Source: a virus (taxonomy: Duplodnaviria; Heunggongvirae; Uroviricota; Caudoviricetes). From it: DNA of 64,000 nt. A model generated the notes under the pieces. The model was not told the origin of the DNA. It did not search any database and saw only the letters and a program-made list of their open reading frames with translations. The position numbers and the translations under genes are program-made. The stretch is from the IMG/VR virus record IMGVR_UViG_3300021387_000529, positions 64,001 to 128,000 of that record; one strand, written 5' to 3'. Shown in pieces: positions 45,208-55,591 of the stretch (the first letter of the stretch is position 1; every line of letters starts with the position of its first letter).

Positions 45208-45957
45208 ATGGAAGATGAGACAATTTTAGAAGCATCACTTGAAAAAATCAAAAACTCAGAAGGTTGGGCTCGTGCTGATGAAATTGCCTACCTTATCAAG
45301 GTGATTGACGAACATCCAGGTATTCTTAGAAGAGCTATGAAGCGCTATCCTTATTTGGAATTAAGGAATGTTTTCAGTGATGAATTGTGCTATCCAGAAG
45401 ACTCTGAGGAATATCTGAGAGCAAACCATTGGACTTCTTGGAATGACAGTGGCTGGGAATACATTTGGAAACGTCTTATGATTGAGACGATGATTGTATA
45501 CGATAACATGCCTGATGGGGCAAAAGAGTCTTTCAGAATTCTTGATACTAAAGAAAAGTATGGCTCTTTACGTATTTCATTTAGTGGTTACAATGAAGAG
45601 CTCAATACGCTTGAAACAGAAGCATCATTGCTTTCACAAATAACTTGTTTGAATTGTGGAAAAGTTTCACATGACAGCAAAGGAAACGCTCTCATCTACA
45701 CAACTCGCGGTTGGATTGTTCCATATTGCCGCAAATGTTTCGATAATGATTGGAGCAGATCTCAAAAGAATATGACAAAAAAAGAGAAGCACGAATTACG
45801 AGAGCATCGTGCTTTATGTAGAGAAGTCTATAAGCAGTTCAGAACAGAACATTGGTCGCGTGATGACCATCATTATACAATTTGGAAATATCAATATGGC
45901 TGGGTCTATCCAGTAAAAACAGTTCCAATTATTGATGATAACAAAAAGGAAAGCTAA
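45208..45957 (+). CDS. hypothetical phage protein (KEKYGxLR motif plus Zn ribbon)
   Basis: KEKYGSLR, S..TC..CG, GW...C..C. Confidence 0.65.
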   Translation: MEDETILEASLEKIKNSEGWARADEIAYLIKVIDEHPGILRRAMKRYPYLELRNVFSDELCYPEDSEEYLRANHWTSWNDSGWEYIWKRLMIETMIVYDNMPDGAKESFRILDTKEKYGSLRISFSGYNEELNTLETEASLLSQITCLNCGKVSHDSKGNALIYTTRGWIVPYCRKCFDNDWSRSQKNMTKKEKHELREHRALCREVYKQFRTEHWSRDDHHYTIWKYQYGWVYPVKTVPIIDDNKKES

Positions 45958-45959
45958 AA

Positions 45960-46436
45960 ATGAATGAAATTATCACTATTAAAGACGAGCCTTTTAGAAA
46001 AGGTTTTGCAATCAAAATGTCAAATGCTCAGACTGCATCAGAGTATTTTTCATATTATTTGGAGAATGTTATTACAAATGTTGGAAAAGTAGTTGAGTTC
46101 CCAAAAGAAGACCCTCGAACATTGGTCTATGTTGCTGAAGCTCGCGATTGTAAAGACCGGCTTGAAAATTTCAAAGGTCTCTTTTTTGACAACAAGATGG
46201 ACGCTGAAGACTTGATTGAACTTGTAAATGTCTACCAAAACTATGACGAAAAACTTTGTGGTCCATTCAAAGAAGGCTGCCGTTTCAATTTTGAAATTGT
46301 TGAAACTGAAGCTCAGGTTGATAAATACACAGATTTGAAAGAAGACTTCTTAGACAAAAACAACCATATGGATTTCAATGTCGACCAAGATTTAACGAAA
46401 GCTCTGATTGATAAAGAAATGAAGGTTGAAGGCTAG
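45960..46436 (+). CDS. hypothetical protein
   Basis: ORF in a run. Confidence 0.65.
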   Translation: MNEIITIKDEPFRKGFAIKMSNAQTASEYFSYYLENVITNVGKVVEFPKEDPRTLVYVAEARDCKDRLENFKGLFFDNKMDAEDLIELVNVYQNYDEKLCGPFKEGCRFNFEIVETEAQVDKYTDLKEDFLDKNNHMDFNVDQDLTKALIDKEMKVEG

Positions 46437-46652
46437 ATGTTACGAGCATTAGTTGGATTTGTTTTAGGCTTTATCTCAGGCATGATGGTGATGGTCTCAA
46501 TAATTGCATCATCAGCACAAGTTAGAGCAATGACATTAATCTTTTCAGTAATAATGTTGCTGTTAAGTGTAACATTTGCACATTTACATCACAAACGAAA
46601 AAGAAATGAATATTATAATAAATTTAAAGGTGGTAAAATATGGCGTACTTAG
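46437..46652 (+). CDS. small two-transmembrane protein
   Basis: Hydrophobic segments and a basic tail. Confidence 0.55.
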   Translation: MLRALVGFVLGFISGMMVMVSIIASSAQVRAMTLIFSVIMLLLSVTFAHLHHKRKRNEYYNKFKGGKIWRT

Positions 46653-47776
46653 TAGGTAAAACATCAATTGACATTATTGATGAAGATGCAATTGACATTC
46701 GTAAAAAATTGCCAATTGGTATTTACAAACTTCAAGTTGCACAAATGCGTGGTTTTTTCCTTGAGAAAGCAGAATACAAAACTGAGCATGGAAAAATTTA
46801 TGGTAAAGCTGACAACATTGCTTCGCATATTGTTGAGGCATACAATCGAAGCAGCGACAATCTCGGAGTCTTGCTTTCAGGTGGAAAAGGCCTTGGTAAG
46901 TCATTGACATCGCGTTTGGTTGTTGAAAAGTTGGCAAAAGACCACCCAATTATCATCATCGACCAATTTATCAATGGAATGTTTGACTTCTTGTCAGGTA
47001 TTTCAGATGCAGTCTATCTTTTTGATGAATTTGAAAAAATTATGGCCGGAAACATCGACGGAAGTGACAACAACACAAAAGCAACGTCTAAACAGGACGC
47101 AATGCTTTCATTCCTTGACGGAACAGCAGTTGGAAGCCATAACTTGTATCTTTTAACATGTAATGAAACTCGTAGCCTCAACGATTGTTTGATGAGCCGT
47201 CCAGGTCGTATTCGCTATCATTATCGTTATGAAAGCTGCGATGCTGAAACAATCAAAAAATATTGTGCAGACAACCTTGACAGAAAAGAACTTGAAAAAG
47301 AGGTTATTGAAGGATTGCTCGCAACACGTTATGTTTCAATTGACATTGTTAAAGCTCTTGTTGATGAACTTAACGCATTCGATGTGTCAGTTGAAGAAGC
47401 GCTTGATTATCTCAATATTGAAAGTGAAAGAATCAATATCATGGCAAAAATCACTTGGAGGATTGGTGATACTGAAAAGACTTACACAGAATATCCAGGA
47501 ACTTTCATACCAGGAAGCAGCTCATTCGACATCTATCTTGAAAGTGATGAAGTTGAAGACAAAAATAAAATGGAATTCTGCGCAAACTTGCATGTTGACA
47601 TGTCTGGAAAGACTATTCCAATGTATGGCGCTGTTGATGTTACAGACTCAACATATATGGAATACCATTATGGTGATGAAGAGCCAGAAATTGTCAAAGT
47701 TGAGTTGAGCGACCGTGAAAATGCAAAATACGACAATTACAAAAAAATTAGCCGTGTAGACGGCTTAGACTTCTAA
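46640..47776 (+). CDS. AAA+ ATPase
   Basis: GGKGLGKS, LFDEFEK, LTCN, SRPGRIRY. Confidence 0.88.
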   Translation: MAYLVGKTSIDIIDEDAIDIRKKLPIGIYKLQVAQMRGFFLEKAEYKTEHGKIYGKADNIASHIVEAYNRSSDNLGVLLSGGKGLGKSLTSRLVVEKLAKDHPIIIIDQFINGMFDFLSGISDAVYLFDEFEKIMAGNIDGSDNNTKATSKQDAMLSFLDGTAVGSHNLYLLTCNETRSLNDCLMSRPGRIRYHYRYESCDAETIKKYCADNLDRKELEKEVIEGLLATRYVSIDIVKALVDELNAFDVSVEEALDYLNIESERINIMAKITWRIGDTEKTYTEYPGTFIPGSSSFDIYLESDEVEDKNKMEFCANLHVDMSGKTIPMYGAVDVTDSTYMEYHYGDEEPEIVKVELSDRENAKYDNYKKISRVDGLDF

Positions 47777-47782
47777 AGGAGA

Positions 47783-48226
47783 TTGAAGATGGTATCTTAC
47801 AAGATTTTTATTTTTATCACAATGATTTTTATGCATATTCTTGAGGATTTCCATCTTCAAGGCTGCTTGGCGAATTTGAAGCAGAAAGATTGGTGGGAGA
47901 AAAATGTCGCTAACTTAAAAGACACAATTTATGCTCGTGACTATGCAGTTGCGCTAATTACCCACTCAATTGAAAATTCTATTTTTGTCATAATGCCAAT
48001 TGTCATTGATAATTTAATTTACATGTGCAAAAATGGAATAGACACAAATGCTTGGAAATTGTGGGCAATCTTTATTTTGCTCAATACAGCTTTTCATACA
48101 TTTGTGGACAGCGCAAAATGCAATAAGAAAATAATCAATCTGGTTGTTGACCAAGTGCTTCATTTTGCTATGCTTATCATGATATTTGTTGTAAGTTGGA
48201 AGTATCTCGGCCTCTGGTTAATATAG
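47783..48226 (+). CDS. DUF3307-like membrane protein
   Basis: H...DF.LQG..A..K, H..VD..K, DQ.LH. Confidence 0.7.
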   Translation: MKMVSYKIFIFITMIFMHILEDFHLQGCLANLKQKDWWEKNVANLKDTIYARDYAVALITHSIENSIFVIMPIVIDNLIYMCKNGIDTNAWKLWAIFILLNTAFHTFVDSAKCNKKIINLVVDQVLHFAMLIMIFVVSWKYLGLWLI

Positions 48227-48243
48227 TCTATAACTAATTTTTT

Positions 48244-48306
48244 AGAGGACAGCAAGATTCCACCTTGTTGAGGGAAGTTTTCATCGAGCTTCCCTCTAAC
48301 TCTTTT
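48244..48306 (+). ncRNA. predicted two-loop small RNA complementary to the HNH mRNA leader
   Basis: Starts 6 nt after ACTAA (48233-48237); two hairpins plus a U-tract; loops complementary to 48329-48334 and 48356-48363. Confidence 0.6.
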
Positions 48307-48358
48307 ATACTAATTATTTTATAGTGCCGTGGAAAGCACTTAAAAGGAGAAAATATCG

Positions 48359-49159
48359 ATGAATTACAGACACATCTATATGTGTATAATTACACATGCA
48401 AAGACTTCTAATCGTAAACGTGGTGATGGGAATTATTATGAAAAACATCACATCCTTCCAAGAAGTTTATTTCCAAATTGGATAACAAAAGAATCAAATA
48501 CAGTCTTATTAACAGCTAGAGAGCATTTCTTCTGCCATCAACTTTTAACTAAAATTTATCCTTCATTTGAAATGGAAAAGGCTCTAAGCATATTTTGTAA
48601 ATTTAAACAAGATAAAAGAGCTTTGACTTCAAGACAATATGAAATTTGTAGAAAAGCTGCACATAGAGCAAATTTATTATGGTGGTCTGATGACTCAAAC
48701 AGAGAACGAATGAGAAAAAATTTACATGAAGCTCTGAAAACTAGAAAAATTGTTTTTAGTGAAAAAACCAAGCAACAAATGAGTGAAAGAAGCTCCAAGA
48801 GTCGTTGGTATAATAATGGAGAACGAGAAACTTTTTCAGTTAAATGTCCTGATGGGTTTATTCCAGGTAGATTAAAACTAACGAAAGAACAAAAACAGCA
48901 TAAATTAGAAGCTCTAAGAAAAAACAGAGCAAATAGAACTGAAGAAGAAAAACAGTTGGAATTTGAAAGACGATCTTTAGCTAATAAAAAGCGGCCTAAA
49001 AAACAAAAGAAAAATATTAATATAAGAAAATATACACTTGACGAATGGAATAATATACAGAAAAAGGCTAAGCTAACAGCTTTTGAAACTGGAAAGTCTT
49101 ATTCAGAGTGTATTAATTTAATTAAAAAGGAGGTATGCCCATGTCGAAAATATGTATAA
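48359..49159 (+). mobile_element. Free-standing MobE-like HNH homing endonuclease
   Basis: MNYRH.Y, YEKHHILPRS, N.VLLTAREHFFCHQLL.KIY; WYNNG...G.I.GR module. Confidence 0.88.
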
Positions 49160-50184
49160 TTCCTGATATTCATGGTTCTCATGAGTGGGAAAAAGCTAAA
49201 GATTTAAAAGCTGACTATTATGTATTTCTCGGCGATCTTTGACTCGTTGATGCATGGAACAATAAATGGCCAGACCAAGGTGAAAACATTGCTGCTTTTG
49301 CTGCTTGGGTTCGGGAAGACCCTGAACATCGTATTTGGCTTTTAGGAAATCATGACTGGAGCTATCTTTCACAATCAAGAAATGGCGGAAATTGCAGTGG
49401 CCATCAAAATGGAAAAGCTGGCGAAATCCGTTCTCTTTTACTTGCAAATAAAGACTTGATTAAATTGGCTTGGGAATGTGATGGTTGGGTATTTTCACAT
49501 GCTGGTTTTACAAATCATGCTATTGGTTACATGAAGAAAGTTATGCACAATCTTTTTGAAGTGCATCCAAAAGCTGAGAAAACCAATTTTGAAAGTCAAG
49601 AAGAATATAAAGCTTATATGGACGAATTGTATAAAGACTTCAAAGAATGGGATGAGTCTGAATACAGTATTGGCCTATTGAATAAAACTTTTGCAGAAAG
49701 AATGGCTGAATATCCAGAAAATGCACATAAGTGGCTCGCTTTTGATGAGAAACTTGATTGGGACGGATGCTTTTCTGGAAGTGGTGATGAAGTGTCACAG
49801 TTCTGTTTATGGGTTCGTCCCCATTCATTACTTGAAGATGCAGCTTATCCAAAACAGGTAGTTGGACATACTGAATATTGTTTCTGGAATAAACCTGAAG
49901 TTTTGACAAAAGGTGAGAATGTAGCTATTCTTATGGATAGCCGCGATCATCACATCATGATGTTTGATACACAAGACGTGCCAAAAGGCAGAACTGAACT
50001 TGACTTCAATCGTGCTATTAAACAACTTGATAAACAGGTTTGTAATTTGAAGTCTGTTTTTGGTATGTTCACAATGGGTGATGACACACTTTCAGACGAA
50101 GAAAAACATGCTAAAGTTTTGGAAGAGTTTCCAGAAAATGGTGAGTTTATCTGGAAAAGTTTTTTCAAAAGTGAGGAATTGTAA
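49141..50184 (+). pseudogene. calcineurin-like metallophosphoesterase with an in-frame TGA at codon 34
   Basis: PDIHG, FLGDL*LVD, LLGNHD, FSHAG, LWVRP, VVGHT all in one frame; AGGAGG SD; TGA at 49240-49242. Confidence 0.8.
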
Positions 50185-50888
50185 TGGCAACACTTAAAAC
50201 TGACATTTTGAACAAATATATCAATGCTAAGAATGAAGCAAAACAAATGCAGAATTTATATCTTTTGCAAATATCTTCTGTTAAATGTTTAGCTCGTTAT
50301 CAAAATCAAAGCCTCGAAACTCAGAAAGAATTCAAGCAATTTGAAGATTGCAAAACTGATGAAGAAGCTATTAAACGATGGGATGAAACAACTCCTCATA
50401 CGCGTCGACTTCGTAGCATGAAAGCTGAGTCATGTCGTAAAGCCAAATATGCTGCTCGTGATGCTCAGAGAAAAATGGCGAAAGCATATGAAGAGCTCAC
50501 TCATTATTATGAAAAACGCCCAGTTTGGTTTGTAGCATCTGTTCGTGACCATGATGAGATTGTCCCAAAAATTGAAGGCAAAGAAGAGCTTGCAGGAACT
50601 GTTTATCACAATCATGATAGCAGATGTTGGGGTTTCTTCTATGACCTTGAAACTGCAATGGAAGCAATCCGCAACAATGTGACTGATTTAAATGAAGCTG
50701 GTTACTATGCTTATGCCGTGATTGAGCCAAAGGAACAAGGTTTGTGTTGTGTTGAGCCTTCATGCCTTAACAGATGGTTTAAGGCAAAATATGGCACAGA
50801 CAAAGATGGCAATAAAATATGCACAGGCTATGTTGACTGTGAAGAGCCTGAATGGGCAAAACAAATTGTAGGATGGACAATATCATGA
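50184..50888 (+). CDS. hypothetical protein
   Basis: TAATG coupling; RCWGF...D..E..YY.YAVIE motif. Confidence 0.65.
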   Translation: MATLKTDILNKYINAKNEAKQMQNLYLLQISSVKCLARYQNQSLETQKEFKQFEDCKTDEEAIKRWDETTPHTRRLRSMKAESCRKAKYAARDAQRKMAKAYEELTHYYEKRPVWFVASVRDHDEIVPKIEGKEELAGTVYHNHDSRCWGFFYDLETAMEAIRNNVTDLNEAGYYAYAVIEPKEQGLCCVEPSCLNRWFKAKYGTDKDGNKICTGYVDCEEPEWAKQIVGWTIS

Positions 50889-51418
50889 CACGAAAAGAAG
50901 CAAAAAAGTTTAAGAAAATTGCAGAACTTGTAAACAAAGTTTGGAAAGTTGAAGAAGCAAACTATGATGAAGACATCAAGTCTAAGGTTTATGGTGACTG
51001 GGATAAAACTGGTGAAGGTCATGTTCATGTTTCTTCAGACATCATAAACATTTGTTTCAAACAAGGTGGAATAGTTTTTTATTCTGACAATTGGAAAAAC
51101 TCAAGAGGTGAGCAGATTGTTGGTATAGTTGGCTACATTCCTGAGCACAAATTGGAAGTTTGGTTTGGTTGGCAGAAACGCTATAAGAAATTTTGCTGGA
51201 GTACAATTGTTGGATATAGCGGTTGCCATAGCTACCATGATGCTATTGTTGATGCGTATCTCTATAAAGTTCAAGATGCTGTCCTCCATTACATTATTGA
51301 AAACTTTGACTATGAAAAAGTTGCGCTCTCATTATGTGGAGTAATGTCTGAAATAAGAAGAAAAGAATTTGGCCTCAATATAGCTGGCGATTCATATTTC
51401 AATAAGAAAAAAGATTAA
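50885..51418 (+). CDS. hypothetical protein
   Basis: ATGA coupling. Confidence 0.6.
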   Translation: MTRKEAKKFKKIAELVNKVWKVEEANYDEDIKSKVYGDWDKTGEGHVHVSSDIINICFKQGGIVFYSDNWKNSRGEQIVGIVGYIPEHKLEVWFGWQKRYKKFCWSTIVGYSGCHSYHDAIVDAYLYKVQDAVLHYIIENFDYEKVALSLCGVMSEIRRKEFGLNIAGDSYFNKKKD

Positions 51419-51425
51419 AAAATTT

Positions 51426-51454
51426 TTGAACTATCTCTTGGGTTTTCATATATT
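51426..51454 (+). promoter_or_regulatory. Class I promoter
   Basis: TTGAAC-N17-TATATT plus a GTAAATCAAACTTAAGAGG leader. Confidence 0.8.
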
Positions 51455-51488
51455 ATATTCGTAAATCAAACTTAAGAGGTAGTTAACC

Positions 51489-51815
51489 ATGGCAAGAACA
51501 AAAGAAGAAAAGCTCGCTATTGCTGAAAAGAAGACATATTACACATACACTTACGACTATGTCCGCCACAATCCACAAACCGGAACATATCATGCATCAT
51601 CAACAGTAATCGCATCAAGCGACAAGGAAGCTGAAAAGCTTGCTCGCAAAAACTGCGACAATGTACTTTATGGCTCAAATGTTTTTGACCATATCGAAAA
51701 AAGAAGCGATGCTTTGGTTCGTGATGTTGACTACATCCTCAAAGCTATTTCACGCCGTGACCGTTATGGTTACCCAACCGGTGTATATGACATTATTGCT
51801 CAGGAAATCTATTAA
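51489..51815 (+). CDS. hypothetical protein
   Basis: GAGGT SD after a promoter. Confidence 0.7.
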   Translation: MARTKEEKLAIAEKKTYYTYTYDYVRHNPQTGTYHASSTVIASSDKEAEKLARKNCDNVLYGSNVFDHIEKRSDALVRDVDYILKAISRRDRYGYPTGVYDIIAQEIY

Positions 51816-52013
51816 GGAGATAAACTAATGGAACAGAAATCATTATTTGACGGAATACGCGATGGCAAGCCAATTCCAAATCAACCTATCGCAACAGTCG
51901 TTCTTCCACGAAGTCAAGTATCTGGCTTTAATCTTCCAATAGTTGAAGGACTTCCGCCTAAGAAAATTGAAAAGTTGTTATCTAACTCGATCTAACATAA
52001 CGGGAGCAAAATA

Positions 52014-52442
52014 ATGAAAGTTAAGACTAAGGTAATTTACGTTGCGCACGACGGAAAGGAATTCGAAACAGAAGAAATGTGCAAAGTCTATGAAGCAAAC
52101 AACACAATTCCTGGTTTGCGCAATGTCATCAACAATGAAGAATTGCATCGTAGAAATTCTGTGAGCCGCAAAAATCATCTTAAAAACTGCAAACTTCCTC
52201 AGCTTGAAAAAGACATCAAGCTTTATTCGAGTGAGATTGATAAAGCTCTGTTAAAAGGCGCATACAAACTTAAACCAAAAGAGATTATCAGAATCAGAAA
52301 TTTGATGAACAAACTTGAAGAAGCAAAGTCTTCACAGGCAGCTCACATCAGAGCTTTGCAGTCATGCAGAGAAGATATTCGCAATCGTCGTAAAACAATT
52401 CTCAAAATCCAGAACAAGATTAACGAGTTGGAGGGAAAGTAA
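52014..52442 (+). CDS. coiled-coil hypothetical protein
   Basis: Y.A.DG.EF.TEE.C..YE N-terminal motif. Confidence 0.65.
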   Translation: MKVKTKVIYVAHDGKEFETEEMCKVYEANNTIPGLRNVINNEELHRRNSVSRKNHLKNCKLPQLEKDIKLYSSEIDKALLKGAYKLKPKEIIRIRNLMNKLEEAKSSQAAHIRALQSCREDIRNRRKTILKIQNKINELEGK

Positions 52443-52446
52443 AAAA

Positions 52447-52475
52447 TTGAACTTCTTGTAAAACTTCCATATATT
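52447..52475 (+). promoter_or_regulatory. Class I promoter
   Basis: TTGAAC-N17-TATATT plus a GTAAATCAAACTTAAGAG leader. Confidence 0.8.
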
Positions 52476-52509
52476 ATGTATGTAAATCAAACTTAAGAGA
52501 GGTCCTAAA

Positions 52510-52794
52510 ATGAAGAAGAGCGAAGCTTACGTTAATCTTTTAGCGAAAGAATTTGGCATTCCAGTTGAAACGGCTGAAGCTATCTATAAAGCCATCAACA
52601 AATTCGACTGGGAAGTTTTCTGCTCTTACATGGCGGATGACAGGGACCATCCTGAAGAGCGTAAAGCTGCCAGAAAAAAGCTGATTTCAATCAGAGAAAA
52701 ATATGACACTGAGCTTTTCGATAAAATCGAAGCTTATATGTCAGACGATAATAATTACAGCATTCATCACATGGAGGAAGAAGTAGATGAGTAA
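52510..52794 (+). CDS. hypothetical protein
   Basis: GAGG SD. Confidence 0.65.
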   Translation: MKKSEAYVNLLAKEFGIPVETAEAIYKAINKFDWEVFCSYMADDRDHPEERKAARKKLISIREKYDTELFDKIEAYMSDDNNYSIHHMEEEVDE

Positions 52795-53377
52795 AGCAGG
52801 CACAATTGTCATTACAATTGCAGCAGTTGTTCTTGTAACACTTGCTGTTGTGGTTGGAGTGTTCACAACACAGAACACAGCACTTTCAAAAGAACAGGCG
52901 GTAACTGAGCAGCTTGATGTGATTGCAGTTTCTCAGAATGAGATGTTCAATTCACTTGAAGCTTTGGTTGCGTCGGTAAAAGACTACAAGAACTATGAGG
53001 GTGAAGCTCTCGAAAAGATTGTGGCCGCACGTGTTGGTGGAAATTCATCAGCAGCAATTTCTAAGAACAGCGAAACATTGGCAAAGGCAAATGAACAGGC
53101 GAAGATTTATATCAATGCAGTACATGAAGCTTATCCAGAACTTAAAGCAGCAGAACTATACAAAGAATATATGACAGCTGTACAGCGATACAATTCAAAA
53201 GTTGCGCAAAGTCATAAAGCATATGCACGAGCAAAAGCAGACTATCGAAGATGCACACGAGCTTGGCCTCGCCGCAATTTCCTCGAAATGGTTGGTTATG
53301 AAATCATCGAGTTTGAAGACCTCTATGATGGTTCATCAGTAAAACTTCCAAACCAGGGTAAACCTACAACACTTTAA
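52787..53377 (+). CDS. LemA family protein
   Basis: N-terminal transmembrane helix; LV..VK.Y..YE...L..IV.AR, EAYPELKA, Y......WP. Confidence 0.8.
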   Translation: MSKAGTIVITIAAVVLVTLAVVVGVFTTQNTALSKEQAVTEQLDVIAVSQNEMFNSLEALVASVKDYKNYEGEALEKIVAARVGGNSSAAISKNSETLAKANEQAKIYINAVHEAYPELKAAELYKEYMTAVQRYNSKVAQSHKAYARAKADYRRCTRAWPRRNFLEMVGYEIIEFEDLYDGSSVKLPNQGKPTTL

Positions 53378-53388
53378 GGAGACATAAA

Positions 53389-54219
53389 ATGAATAAACAT
53401 CCGACTGTTTTGTTCTATCTTCCAGGTTATGGCGAAATTACAGCACGAGAACTGATTTTCGGAATTGGTATTCTCGCCATCTACATAATCTTGGGAATGT
53501 TCATTCACGGAAAGATTGTGACTTCGATTGACAAGCACAACTTGAAGTATATGAATGCCTACGTAATCCAAGACAATGACACATTCAAACAGGCCTACGA
53601 GACGGAACAGGGAGCGGATGTTTTCGCTTATGGAAAGCTCGAAGCTGTTGGATATGTAACTGCTGAAAGTTGGGTAAACCATTACAACAAAAATGAGAGC
53701 GGTATGAGAGCTGCTGTTAACCAGGCAAATGGCAAATACTCAGTCATCGGCATCGAGAAAGAACATTACACACGCCATACACGAATTGTGCATTATACAG
53801 TCAATGGAAAAACACATACACGTACTGAAGTCTATTACACATGGGACACTGTTTGGAACAATTGGCTCCATGTTGGAAAAACAAAGTTTGCAGGTATAGA
53901 ATTTCCATACGGCACATTCAAGTTCAATGGCTGCCATCAAGTTGGTTACAATCGTTCTGGAAGCGACAGATGGACAATTCGAGCTTATCCGCTTGAGTGT
54001 TCAGGAATTACGTTCATAAACATCAACAACAAAGATGTTGGAACTGACAACGCAATCTATAATAAAAATAACACACCAGAAGACTTTGAAGCACTTCGTG
54101 AAGACATGCTTATGGGAAATGGCTGGTTAGTCTTCTTCTGGATAACATTCATCGTGGTTGGTATTGCTCTCATCTTCTTATGGGCAATGCTTGATAACAG
54201 TTGGCTCAACGAATTGTAA
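53389..54219 (+). CDS. membrane protein adjacent to LemA
   Basis: N- and C-terminal transmembrane helices; EHYTRHTR...TEVYYTWD. Confidence 0.65.
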   Translation: MNKHPTVLFYLPGYGEITARELIFGIGILAIYIILGMFIHGKIVTSIDKHNLKYMNAYVIQDNDTFKQAYETEQGADVFAYGKLEAVGYVTAESWVNHYNKNESGMRAAVNQANGKYSVIGIEKEHYTRHTRIVHYTVNGKTHTRTEVYYTWDTVWNNWLHVGKTKFAGIEFPYGTFKFNGCHQVGYNRSGSDRWTIRAYPLECSGITFININNKDVGTDNAIYNKNNTPEDFEALREDMLMGNGWLVFFWITFIVVGIALIFLWAMLDNSWLNEL

Positions 54220-54395
54220 TGGAAGGAGAAAAAGATGGAAATGTCAATGATTGAAAGAGCACGTGAAATTGCCGACTTGGCGAGCAGCGAGTATGCTTCA
54301 GACAAAGAGCTCGCTGTTCTCAGTGAGAAGTTTTTTGCCGACTTTGGTTGTCATTGGACAGAAATTCTTAATTAATCTTTTAAAAGGAGGTTATT

Positions 54396-54986
54396 ATGAT
54401 ACATCCAAATGGTTCACTTTCTTTGTACCAACTCTCTAACATGCTCAAGTCAGATGAATATGTCATCTATTTTGAGCCAAATGACGAGCCAGAAGATTGG
54501 GATTGGAGACATAAAGGTTTTTGGCGTTCGCCAAATCGTGTCCAGCTTACGAATATCAATAAGCTTCTTTGGGCACTTGAAAGTGAGTACAACAAACAAG
54601 GTTCAATCATTTATGACATGACAGAAAACTACTTCAAAAATCATCCATATGAAGGTGAAGAAGTTTCACATGTTGACACAACTTTCAATTGGCAATACAG
54701 TTCGCCATACGGTAAGAAATACTGCTATAAGATTTGCCCATGCACCTATCTTGGTGAAGCTCCAAAACATATTCCACTTGAGATTGTATGCTATGATAAC
54801 GGTTTCAAAGGAAGCTGCTTCCAGATTGGTTCTTGGAAACGTGACAAAGAAGGTTATGAATTCCATTCTTGTGGAAATCGCCTTTGGAAATACGTTGACG
54901 AAAAAGACATTCCAGTCATTTGGAACATTTTGAAAGAAGTTGACGAGTTTCTTGCAAAAAAATTTATTGATGAAGGAGACGACTAA
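54396..54986 (+). CDS. hypothetical protein
   Basis: AGGAGG SD. Confidence 0.65.
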   Translation: MIHPNGSLSLYQLSNMLKSDEYVIYFEPNDEPEDWDWRHKGFWRSPNRVQLTNINKLLWALESEYNKQGSIIYDMTENYFKNHPYEGEEVSHVDTTFNWQYSSPYGKKYCYKICPCTYLGEAPKHIPLEIVCYDNGFKGSCFQIGSWKRDKEGYEFHSCGNRLWKYVDEKDIPVIWNILKEVDEFLAKKFIDEGDD

Positions 54987-54991
54987 CACAT

Positions 54992-55591
54992 ATGTTTTTC
55001 CATAAACAAAAGAAAATCATTAGAAAAGTAATGTACGTCATTACTGACTATGATGACAAAATTATCAAAAGCTTTGAAAGCGATACAGACCTTAAAGACT
55101 ATGTTGATGCACATTACACTCGCATTCGACAAAGAGACAACTTCGACTTTGCCAAAGATGAAATGTTCTTTTCGCATAAATACACATATGAGAATGACGA
55201 GCTTGTAAGCGACCGAAGCGTTTTTGGCGAAATGTTTGTTAAAGATGATTTTCTTAAATCGCATGGTTTTGTTGAAGTTGATGACTCAGAACTTTATAAT
55301 TTTGCAAGAGACTTTGGTTTCAGAACACTTCAAACAGGAAACTTTGGCTGCGCAGTTCATAAAGAAGACCTCGAAAAAGTCAAAAACATCGCTCAAGCTG
55401 ATTACAAACCTTTTGTTTTGAAAGGAAGTGACTGGCCGTATTGGTTCAAGGTAGACGGTAAGCTTATTAAGAGCAGAACTTCTTCTTGGAAAAACCACAT
55501 TTACACAATGTATGGTTACATCACTGAAGAATCTCTTGAGGAATATAATGGCCCAGATAAATGCAAGGAGCACGTAAATGATAGCCTATAG
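54992..55591 (+). CDS. hypothetical protein
   Basis: ORF in a run. Confidence 0.65.
   Translation: MFFHKQKKIIRKVMYVITDYDDKIIKSFESDTDLKDYVDAHYTRIRQRDNFDFAKDEMFFSHKYTYENDELVSDRSVFGEMFVKDDFLKSHGFVEVDDSELYNFARDFGFRTLQTGNFGCAVHKEDLEKVKNIAQADYKPFVLKGSDWPYWFKVDGKLIKSRTSSWKNHIYTMYGYITEESLEEYNGPDKCKEHVNDSL

Noticed and set aside
49240-49242. Genome-wide TGA recoding or selenocysteine
   Set aside because: Many intact genes end in TGA (e.g. 2980, 30797, 43307, 57158) and others in TAG. Only one interrupted gene was seen, and the codon is not at a Cys position.
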